From IMG/VR virus record IMGVR_UViG_3300029813_000075, positions 9,554 to 73,553 of that record: a stretch of 64,000 bases of DNA; one strand, given 5' to 3'. Shown piece after piece: positions 53,244-61,633 of this stretch; the first letter of the stretch is position 1, and each line of letters starts with the position of its first letter. This DNA comes from a virus. The notes beneath the pieces were generated by a model, which was given only the letters and a program-made list of their open reading frames with translations, was not told the DNA's origin and did not search any database. A program made the position numbers and the translations under genes.

Positions 53244-55568
53244 ATGTCCGAGTCTCTTCCTGGAGTCAAAGTAGAACGTAGAGAAGGAGCATTGGCGACA
53301 GCACTGCCAGTGAGCCTTAACACGCTTGCCATTGTTGGCACCGCCAACAGAGGTCCAATCAATATTCCTATCGTGATCAACAGCGTATCGGATGCCTATG
53401 ACATATTTGGCTTCCCCGATGTTTACAATAGCACTAGCGAAGGTCAAGAATTGTCCTTGACACGTGGCATCCAAATCGCAAACGATGCAGGTGCATCATA
53501 CATCTATGCAACTAGAGTTGCTTCAAGTTCTGCTGCCAAATCCACACGCATTCTATATGGTGACGGTCAACCAACGCACGATGTAGTCACAATATCGGCA
53601 GCTTCTGAAGGAACTTGGGGAAACGATTTGCAGTTCAAAGTCGAGATTGCTGATGGTCAGACTACTCTCGACAATCATGTTGATTCTCATTTTGGATTTG
53701 TTGAGGATGAAGATCTCTCCCCAACAATAACTCAAACCGCAATTGGCACACAAGAATTTTATTACTATGCAATTACAAGCGCGGCCAATTACTATGCTGA
53801 TGCGAGTGCTAACAACTCGGTAGTGATCACTTATGCTAGTGGCCCTGCTGTGTCAATGATCATCCAACACAGTGATGCCCATCTGTTTCTGACCTCTGCT
53901 GAGGCGGATCCAACAACTCATATCTTTGAATCGAATGATGATCTCCTTGCTCAGACGTTCACTACCATTGACTCTGTGTGGATTAAAGCGGTTAGACTTA
54001 GGATCAAATATGCCGTAGCCGTGCCAGCAACTGGTGATATGCTTGTGTCCATCAAGGCTGTTGATGGAAGCACTGGATTACCAACTGGATCTGCACTTGT
54101 GAGCAAGACTCTTGACATGAGCACATTTGGCGCTCAGGGTGCCCTTGGTACTGCATATGCAACTAAAACATTCGTGTTCGCTACTGCTTACAAACTGGAT
54201 GCAGAGACCATGTACGCCATTGAGGTGTCTAGCTCAGGCGGATGGACAGCAACAGCAGAAGTTTACTTTGGTGGATTCAGAGCTGCGCAAACAGCCGCAG
54301 ATGCTAACACCTATACAAAGGGAGTTGCATGGTTCAATCCTAGCACTGGTTATGTGGCATCTGACGGTGTTGCTGGTGAGGTCCAAGATTGGGCATTTGA
54401 TATAGTCCATGAGTTGCCAGAAGGATACTGTGAGCTGGTGATCAAGAATTGGGGAACCTCATATCCATCTGCTCAATTGAAGCACATTAGATGGTCTGAT
54501 TCAAACACCCCCACAGCAAGTGACGACATAAGCACTCTTGATTATTTCACTGCTGAGTCCAGACTTGTCACTCTGAAGTACGGTGACACAAAAGAGAAGT
54601 TCTGGGTAGTTGATGGGAACGATCTTGTCACCGACATAACTGCTAACTCGAGTCTATGCACCGCAGCCGTAGCCACATACCCCACAGAAGAAGTAGAAGA
54701 GACCACAGGATGGCAACAATTCGGCATCGGCACCGGGACAGCAGGTAACAACGGTGCAATTGATGTGGCATCTACTGACTATGGAAAGGGATTTGCATCC
54801 CTTGAACAGTATTATGTTCACGTAGTCTCTGCTGCTGGGAGATTTGATAGAGCAACCATTTCTGCTCTAGTATCTCACTGTGAGAACATGGCTGAACAGA
54901 AGAAAGAGAGGGTTGCTGTTGCAGGTCATGGATTTGGTAAGTCCCTTGCTGAGGTTATGGCATCATCAGGTGCATATGCTTCCGAGAGGTTATCATTTGT
55001 CAGTCCAGGCATCCTGAGAACCAATGCCTTCACGGGGAATGTGGAGACCCTAAGTGCGGCATATACAGCTCAGTATCTTGCTGGATGGTTGACTCGAGGC
55101 GACATTTCCGAGTCCAATCTTTACAAAACGGTCAACGTTGCTGGTCTTGAGACCTCTTACACGGAAAATGAGGCTGACCAAGTAGCCCAACGTAGAATCA
55201 ATCCCGTCACTGAAATGTCAGAAGGCGGTTACAAGTGGCGAGAGTCAATAACAACTTCGACTGACACATCGAAGCGTGAGATCACCACAGTACGTATTGT
55301 GGATTTTGCAAGTTATGGACTTAGATCTTTGCTTAATTCTTTCATGGGTAAGAAGAATCTACCTGGGATGAGATCTGCAATCAAAAATTCATGTACAGGA
55401 TTCCTAAAGACAATGAAAAATAGGCAGATGCTGTACAAAAATGAAGAACCACCATTCACTGTGGATGTAATAGCCAATAGGGACAATCCAACTCATGTGG
55501 ATGTGATTGTGTCTATAAGACCTGTGTTTGCAATCAAATACATCAATCTGATATTTTACGTGAGGTAA
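53244..55568 (+). CDS. Contractile tail sheath with large inserted domain
   Basis: AIVGTANRGP.N.P..I.S..DA..IFG, EGTWGN, INP, RIVD, V.IRPVFAIKYI. Confidence 0.93.
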   Translation: MSESLPGVKVERREGALATALPVSLNTLAIVGTANRGPINIPIVINSVSDAYDIFGFPDVYNSTSEGQELSLTRGIQIANDAGASYIYATRVASSSAAKSTRILYGDGQPTHDVVTISAASEGTWGNDLQFKVEIADGQTTLDNHVDSHFGFVEDEDLSPTITQTAIGTQEFYYYAITSAANYYADASANNSVVITYASGPAVSMIIQHSDAHLFLTSAEADPTTHIFESNDDLLAQTFTTIDSVWIKAVRLRIKYAVAVPATGDMLVSIKAVDGSTGLPTGSALVSKTLDMSTFGAQGALGTAYATKTFVFATAYKLDAETMYAIEVSSSGGWTATAEVYFGGFRAAQTAADANTYTKGVAWFNPSTGYVASDGVAGEVQDWAFDIVHELPEGYCELVIKNWGTSYPSAQLKHIRWSDSNTPTASDDISTLDYFTAESRLVTLKYGDTKEKFWVVDGNDLVTDITANSSLCTAAVATYPTEEVEETTGWQQFGIGTGTAGNNGAIDVASTDYGKGFASLEQYYVHVVSAAGRFDRATISALVSHCENMAEQKKERVAVAGHGFGKSLAEVMASSGAYASERLSFVSPGILRTNAFTGNVETLSAAYTAQYLAGWLTRGDISESNLYKTVNVAGLETSYTENEADQVAQRRINPVTEMSEGGYKWRESITTSTDTSKREITTVRIVDFASYGLRSLLNSFMGKKNLPGMRSAIKNSCTGFLKTMKNRQMLYKNEEPPFTVDVIANRDNPTHVDVIVSIRPVFAIKYINLIFYVR

Positions 55569-55573
55569 TCAAG

Positions 55574-56134
55574 ATGAGTTCAAACGAACCTACTTCGGTA
55601 AGTCCAATCGGGGATCCAACTCCACTGCAAGGCATCTTCAAGGGTTACAATGTGTACATAACCTTTGCAGGAGCCATTGTTGCAAGGTCAACTGAGATTG
55701 AAGTTTTGGTGAACAACAATCTCGAAGAAATATATGAATGTGGGAATCGTCACCCGTTGATAATTCCAGGTAACTTTTCATGCGGTGGCTCATTGACAGG
55801 GTATTCTTTCGATACTGCAAAGTTCAGCATGGCTGTCGGAATGGAGAGAGACAATGTAGATCCACAGGCTGACATTACCATTGGTGAGAGTACATTCCCA
55901 GATGAAATGTCAACGCCTGAGTTTGGAGAACAACCGTACTTTCTTCCACCAAGATTTCAGATTACATGTGAACTCAACATCGATGGTAGTGGCAAGTACA
56001 TAATGTACAGAATCGATGGGGCTAGGATTAATAACTGGAGGCTTACAGGAACACAGCCAGGAGATGTACGAGAGACTACTACATTCTTGGGTGCATCTAT
56101 CAATAAAATAATTGGAACAACTGCTACAACTTAG
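55574..56134 (+). CDS. Tail tube protein
   Basis: 186 aa directly after the sheath; YECG, GSLT, RFQI, IDGARI. Confidence 0.8.
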   Translation: MSSNEPTSVSPIGDPTPLQGIFKGYNVYITFAGAIVARSTEIEVLVNNNLEEIYECGNRHPLIIPGNFSCGGSLTGYSFDTAKFSMAVGMERDNVDPQADITIGESTFPDEMSTPEFGEQPYFLPPRFQITCELNIDGSGKYIMYRIDGARINNWRLTGTQPGDVRETTTFLGASINKIIGTTATT

Positions 56135-56144
56135 GTGATATTAA

Positions 56145-56486
56145 ATGGCTGAAAAAGTACCTGACGAGCCAAAAGTTGTCACACTAGAAGAGTTTCTAAA
56201 TGCTGGCAAGGTAATCAAGACCATCTTCATTGGCAAAATGAAGATCCGGATCAGACCTCTCACCTTTTTACAAGAGTTCAAAATCGCACAGGTCATTAGC
56301 GAACATATGAAGAAGGGAATGACTCATGAGGTTGCTGATCGAGAATACATGAAGCTTGCAGTGCTCAATGGCGTAGTTGAACCTAAGATGGATGAAATCT
56401 CAATCCATAACTCTCATTGGGGATACATCAAGGCCATATCTGATGCCATTGGTGCGATTACAAAGACCATTGAAAAAAAAGCATAG
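56145..56486 (+). CDS. Tail assembly chaperone (TAC)
   Basis: Position after the tube; IRIRPLT; ends in an A8 run. Confidence 0.8.
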   Translation: MAEKVPDEPKVVTLEEFLNAGKVIKTIFIGKMKIRIRPLTFLQEFKIAQVISEHMKKGMTHEVADREYMKLAVLNGVVEPKMDEISIHNSHWGYIKAISDAIGAITKTIEKKA

Positions 56487-56508
56487 AGGCGTTATTGGCT
56501 ACGCCTCT
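56473..56508 (+). other. Programmed -1 frameshift signal; predicted 176-aa TAC-T product 56145-56674
   Basis: Slippery A AAA AAA, 4-nt spacer, 8-bp stem AGAGGCGT/ACGCCTCT; -1 frame open to TAA 56674 (SIEALLATPLG...PWEFLDMTPNQ...). Confidence 0.85.
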
Positions 56509-56645
56509 CGGTAAGGAATTGTATAATCTTACCGTGTTATTCGACTTTCAAATCAAGCCTTGGGAGTTCCTTGATATGACTCCTAATCAGATCAATCTGC
56601 TAGTGGCTATGAAAGAAAGAAGATCTAAAGAGTTGGTGAGAGAGG

Positions 56646-57893
56646 CTGACCGAAGGAAACAGACTAAGCTATAAAATTGCCGTTGAGGTAGATGAGCAAA
56701 GTTTACTTGATTCAATCACAAAGGCTCTTATCTCTGCTCAGCCATATGTAGAACGCCAAATTGCACAGATGATTCCCACTGGAGCTATAGGCATTAATGT
56801 TGTGGGAGATGTAAGATCTGTAATCAAAGAGGAACTTGCTAGCACATGGGATGTGCTTGGATATGCTCTCTCAGCGCGACAATATGAAGGCAGTAAGACA
56901 CTTGGCGATCTGAATCGTCAGGTTGCAAACCTACTAAGAGAAGAGCCAAATATTGGTTCAAACATTCAGCAAATCTTGGAGACCTTTCTTGCTGGCATGG
57001 TGGAACTCAGGGCCGAGATGCCTGATGGCATTGACGAGTTGATGAAAAGTTCAATTGCAGGACTCCCCAAGTTAGGGCTTACTAGCAGTTCTAATCTCCG
57101 CACATTGGCTATGGAAGTATCCAGGACTCTAAAGAGAGCTGCATCTCAGGACTTGCCAGTATCAGCCATTGACCAATTCAAGTACGTCACTGATGCATTG
57201 ATGAGAATAGCGGGCCATGAGACCTTTACAGATGTGAGAGAACGTGAGCTTGGTGAAAGAGGATTTACTGTTGGGCCAGAAATGACCCTTGGTAAAGCAT
57301 TGGAGTTCATGGGCATTGATAGAGAAAAAGCATTAGAAGCATTCAAGGCCAAATCGCTAGGGGGGAGAAATGAAGATCTTGAGGGCAAGTTTGATTATCA
57401 GATGCGTAGAAAGGTTGACATAACTGCCCTCAGTAAGGCTGGGATCAAGTTTGAAAGAGTCAAGCCTACTCTTGAGACAGCAGACATTGAAGACATAAAG
57501 GGTTACTATGAACAATTCTTAGGAATGCTCAAGGACTTTTGGAGAAGTAAAGCTGTCAGAGAGACCTTTGCAAGATCTATGGCTACTGAGACAGGGATAG
57601 ACATTGACATTCCTGGCAGAGGCATTGAAATTGGTGCAGTCGCAGGCACCACAGTCGCTGGTGGAGTAGAGGCATTAGCTGCGGGCGGGATTCAGACCAA
57701 TTTAATCATTGGTGCCATCAGAGAGGAACTAAAGAGTCGAGCAGGTGACATTGCTGACCAAAGATTTGATAACGTGGACAGGGCACTAAATAGCATAGTG
57801 TCTGTTCTTCAAGCACTGCTCACAAAAGGTAAGGTCAGTGATGATCTGCTCAGTCAGATGGAACGGGACTCTAATGCAGGATTAGGTGGTTGA
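56646..57893 (+). CDS. Tape-measure protein (short, 415 aa); probable CTG start
   Basis: Position after TAC; helical with Gly/Ala hydrophobic segment; frame open from 56646 with GGTGA 6 nt upstream. Confidence 0.65.
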   Translation: MTEGNRLSYKIAVEVDEQSLLDSITKALISAQPYVERQIAQMIPTGAIGINVVGDVRSVIKEELASTWDVLGYALSARQYEGSKTLGDLNRQVANLLREEPNIGSNIQQILETFLAGMVELRAEMPDGIDELMKSSIAGLPKLGLTSSSNLRTLAMEVSRTLKRAASQDLPVSAIDQFKYVTDALMRIAGHETFTDVRERELGERGFTVGPEMTLGKALEFMGIDREKALEAFKAKSLGGRNEDLEGKFDYQMRRKVDITALSKAGIKFERVKPTLETADIEDIKGYYEQFLGMLKDFWRSKAVRETFARSMATETGIDIDIPGRGIEIGAVAGTTVAGGVEALAAGGIQTNLIIGAIREELKSRAGDIADQRFDNVDRALNSIVSVLQALLTKGKVSDDLLSQMERDSNAGLGG

Positions 57894-58599
57894 TGTGACT
57901 AAGGGTGCTGTCATTGGAATGCCAATCCAACTTATGGCTCGTATTGTTTCAGGCGGCACAAATTTAGGTGGGTTGGTTGGTGGGAGAGCAGGAACCCTAA
58001 TTGCCGCTGGCACTGTGGCGGCTACTGCCATTGGAGTTGGCGCTAAGGTTGCAACAGGTATAGCACCTCACATTAATGCAATGTTTTCAAAAGATGCCAA
58101 TAGAGACGCAACTGATCTTGGAGCTATAACAAAGGAAATTATCAAAGAGCTTGTCACCTTCATGGATTTGAATGCTCAAGTAATCAAGATTAATGAAAAG
58201 AGGCGTATTGCTGTCCTTGACATACCAGGAAGAGAGGGCGATTACATTCAAAATCTTGGTGGCAAATCAGCCACATATACTGTATCAGGTAAGTTTTACA
58301 GATCAGATCCTAAGGCTGGCACATCTCAGAGTCCATTTTCTGGAGTATTCAAGACCATGTTTGGTAACGTTGCTGTTGGTCAGGCTCAGTTAATGACCTT
58401 ACTTGTCAGAACAGGGGTTCCTGTACCTTTCATGTGTGAATATGGTATGGCTGAAGTGATCATCAGAGAATTTGACATTGAGGTTCCTGAGGGTCAGCCA
58501 GAATATATCAACTACACCATCGACATGATTGAGTACAGAAGACTCCCAACCCTGTTGAAGATGGTAGGTCTAGCAGCACTGAGCGTGGTGGATAAATGA
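57886..58599 (+). CDS. Tail tube initiator/baseplate hub protein
   Basis: IPGREGDYIQNLG...YTVSG...YTI.MIEY; hydrophobic Gly-rich N-terminus. Confidence 0.75.
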   Translation: MVDVTKGAVIGMPIQLMARIVSGGTNLGGLVGGRAGTLIAAGTVAATAIGVGAKVATGIAPHINAMFSKDANRDATDLGAITKEIIKELVTFMDLNAQVIKINEKRRIAVLDIPGREGDYIQNLGGKSATYTVSGKFYRSDPKAGTSQSPFSGVFKTMFGNVAVGQAQLMTLLVRTGVPVPFMCEYGMAEVIIREFDIEVPEGQPEYINYTIDMIEYRRLPTLLKMVGLAALSVVDK

Positions 58600-60410
58600 G
58601 TTTTGACTTCAATAATATTCCCAATTGGCTCAAGGGTAAACTCAAGCTTGCTACCTTGGCATCAGGACTCACACCTGTCTATAAAATAGAGACTTCTAAG
58701 AGGTTAAGTTCTGGAACCATAGGTGACAAGGTACTACTCAATAGGTTGCCACTTCATATTCAGATCCAAGAGGCTGAATCTGGGATATCAGGACTGTTTA
58801 GAACACTCACAAGTCAGATATCACTGAGTAAGATTTTGGACTTCTTTAGTGCAAACAACATGAAGGCTGACGTGCTTGGCATCATGATTGATGAGGGGCT
58901 GACAAATCCATATAGATTCATCACTAATATCATCTTTCAAGATCAACAAATCTACCGACCTAAAGGTAACAAGTGGTTAAGTAGTGAATTGGTCAGTGAA
59001 GGATTTCCTCTCAGGATCACTCTTGGGTTCTTGACTCCTGAGGGCCATTTCAAACAACATCCATATGGTGATACTATCAGGGTTCCCAAACGTATCATTC
59101 CAGACTATACTGGTGTGGTTGTGGCTGCCACAAAAGAGGTCATTGGTCAGGGTGATCGCTTTCAGGTCACATGCTTTGGATTTGAATATCTATGGGACAA
59201 AGAGGATGCTGGAATATTTGTTGTGTATCCAGGCGAGGAACTGCGAGATGTGCTAGTGCGATTGATGTTGATGTGGGCAACTGGTACTGAGACCTGGGAT
59301 CCTATTGCGCCTCTTCTAAGACCCATACCCATCCTGAAGGCAATGGGCATTGTGACTCCTTCCACTGAAAAGTTGAGGTCTCTCAGTGAGATCAGGAAGA
59401 CCATACAGTTCAGAGACATTGCGAAGAACGTAAAGGTGAATGTAATTCAGCCTACTACTCTTGAAGATGGTGTACATCTCAATGAATGGGGAGAGCCTGA
59501 GGAATTTATGTCGTTTCTTGATGCCATTCGTCAAATCCAAGACAAGGACATAACAGGAACCCAGATTTTCTTTGACCATCATGGCCGACTTGCTGTTCAG
59601 GGAAGAATAGGCGTATTCACAGATGATATTGTGCTTGGTAAGACCCCTCAGACAGGGAAGAAGAGAGCTAGGGTACATGATTGTGTGATTGGTAGCAACA
59701 ACATACATTTGGAGTTCAATTCTGACATGGAAAGCATTGCCAGTGAGATATACGTTTTCTATGATCATCCGTACCCGTTGGCTAGGGAACCGACAGTAGT
59801 TGCCCCAACTCGAGACCAACACAAGATGTTACTTGAAGGTGGGATAAAGGGTGTCGTTGATCATGTGGTAGGAAAGGATGAGACCATCAAATACTATGGT
59901 AGGAAGTTTGGAACTCAAAATGTGTACTTCTATGACAGGGCAGAAGAGTCAGATGTGGGTCCATTTGCTCAGGATTTTGCTGATTCGGTGGCTCAACGAT
60001 ACAAGTATTGGGGCATGAGAGGATCGTCATACATGATCCAAAATCCAAAGATCAAAGTGGGTGACGTACTTAGAACTACTGACATTAGAGGGAATGAGGG
60101 TCTGGGTATTAACTTCGATGCAATCTTAGATATCACAAGAGAGGCTTCCAAGGCTGTTAAGAACTTCATTACTTCACGGTTTAAGAAGTACGATCCCACC
60201 ACTGTTAGAAGGAAGGATGTAAGACTTGCCTTAGGAGAGTTGGCTGACTACTTTTATATTTGGAAAGTGAGACATTACATTGGTAGCAATCTGTTCACTA
60301 CTAAGGCATTCCTTGTCAAAGAACCATTCTCACTGGTTGGCACCAGCAACATATACAGGATACACATGCGCCAGCGCAGGATTAGAACGGCAGGAGAAGA
60401 ACAACCATGA
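58596..60410 (+). CDS. Baseplate hub (T4 gp27/P2 gpD-like)
   Basis: FQVTC.G, FFD..G.L, NPKIKVGDV, YIWKVRH..G..FTT. Confidence 0.8.
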   Translation: MSFDFNNIPNWLKGKLKLATLASGLTPVYKIETSKRLSSGTIGDKVLLNRLPLHIQIQEAESGISGLFRTLTSQISLSKILDFFSANNMKADVLGIMIDEGLTNPYRFITNIIFQDQQIYRPKGNKWLSSELVSEGFPLRITLGFLTPEGHFKQHPYGDTIRVPKRIIPDYTGVVVAATKEVIGQGDRFQVTCFGFEYLWDKEDAGIFVVYPGEELRDVLVRLMLMWATGTETWDPIAPLLRPIPILKAMGIVTPSTEKLRSLSEIRKTIQFRDIAKNVKVNVIQPTTLEDGVHLNEWGEPEEFMSFLDAIRQIQDKDITGTQIFFDHHGRLAVQGRIGVFTDDIVLGKTPQTGKKRARVHDCVIGSNNIHLEFNSDMESIASEIYVFYDHPYPLAREPTVVAPTRDQHKMLLEGGIKGVVDHVVGKDETIKYYGRKFGTQNVYFYDRAEESDVGPFAQDFADSVAQRYKYWGMRGSSYMIQNPKIKVGDVLRTTDIRGNEGLGINFDAILDITREASKAVKNFITSRFKKYDPTTVRRKDVRLALGELADYFYIWKVRHYIGSNLFTTKAFLVKEPFSLVGTSNIYRIHMRQRRIRTAGEEQP

Positions 60411-61633
60411 GAGATGTAGTATTTTACCCAGAATCTGTGGTACTCGAGGTGTATGCTGAGAACCACGAAAGACGTGGCTGGATAAAGATCAATTATCATG
60501 GTCTGATCAGCGATAAAGAGGATTTCGATGTTCATAAGTTTGATAGAGATGCCTGTCTGTTACAGTCCTTTGGATTTAAACCAATCACGGAAGAGGGTCA
60601 GGCCAGTACCAGTAAGATAGCACATCCAATGAATCAACAGTACGGATTCGTTGCGCCCCCCAAGCGTGGCGATAGAGTGCTTGTCATGCGCCAAGGCAGA
60701 AGTTGGTTCGTATTGGGGTCTCTTCCTGCAACTGGTGGGAACGAACCACCCATCAGCCATGTTGACGATCTATCATTCATTCATAGAAGCGGTTCATCTT
60801 TAAGGTTTAATGATCAGTATCCAGGTGTCACTGGTGGGTTTGATGAGTTTGACGGAATTACCGGAAGCACAACACTGGTTGCGCAGCGAGCAATGGTACT
60901 GGCAGGAGGTCGCTTTTTACCATTCGGGTTATTGGCTGAACATGCTTCGCAGACTGATGTTAAGATTGACATTAATGATGGTGCAGAAGGCGGATATGCA
61001 TATTCTGCACTATTTGATAATGAAAAACCAGTTACAGACTACTACTACGATCCTTGGGTGGATACAATCGGTTCAAAGAAGTTTCTCAGTCCACCTGACA
61101 CTGTGGGTGCTAACACTCTTTTCATTCTTCATCAAGGTGCTGGCTTACTCAAGATGGCACCGTTGGATAAGGACTATACCGGGACCAAGCTTACTGCTGG
61201 CGGCTTTACAATCTCAGTCGGCAAGAAGTATTGGGCAGCAGGACTAAAGAATCAGAATGACTGTTCTGGCGAAGATGTTGTTGCTGCTACAAAGGACACA
61301 GATCCAGTTGATGGCGTCATAAGGATTCAGAATGAAGTTGGCGCGTATATTGAATGGACTGCTGCTGGGGGGATTACGGTTGCTACTGCAGATGGACAGA
61401 CATTCACAGTAACATCCACAGGTGCTGGCAATCTTGTTGTTGAAGCGCCTGGTGCAGGAAATGTATTACTTGGTGGTTCTGGAGCTGCGCACAATGTTAT
61501 CAGTGACAATGACAGTACGGACTCTATAGCCCTTAAGGATGGAATATTCCAGGTGCCCATTCTGACTACGACATTTGCTGTGACTCATAATCATGGACTT
61601 ACTGCAGGTCAATCAGACGTGAAGGTGGTATAA
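60407..61633 (+). CDS. Baseplate central spike (gpV-like)
   Basis: OB-fold PPKRGDRVLV...FVLG, beta-helix-like repeats, C-terminal HNH tip motif. Confidence 0.82.
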   Translation: MRDVVFYPESVVLEVYAENHERRGWIKINYHGLISDKEDFDVHKFDRDACLLQSFGFKPITEEGQASTSKIAHPMNQQYGFVAPPKRGDRVLVMRQGRSWFVLGSLPATGGNEPPISHVDDLSFIHRSGSSLRFNDQYPGVTGGFDEFDGITGSTTLVAQRAMVLAGGRFLPFGLLAEHASQTDVKIDINDGAEGGYAYSALFDNEKPVTDYYYDPWVDTIGSKKFLSPPDTVGANTLFILHQGAGLLKMAPLDKDYTGTKLTAGGFTISVGKKYWAAGLKNQNDCSGEDVVAATKDTDPVDGVIRIQNEVGAYIEWTAAGGITVATADGQTFTVTSTGAGNLVVEAPGAGNVLLGGSGAAHNVISDNDSTDSIALKDGIFQVPILTTTFAVTHNHGLTAGQSDVKVV

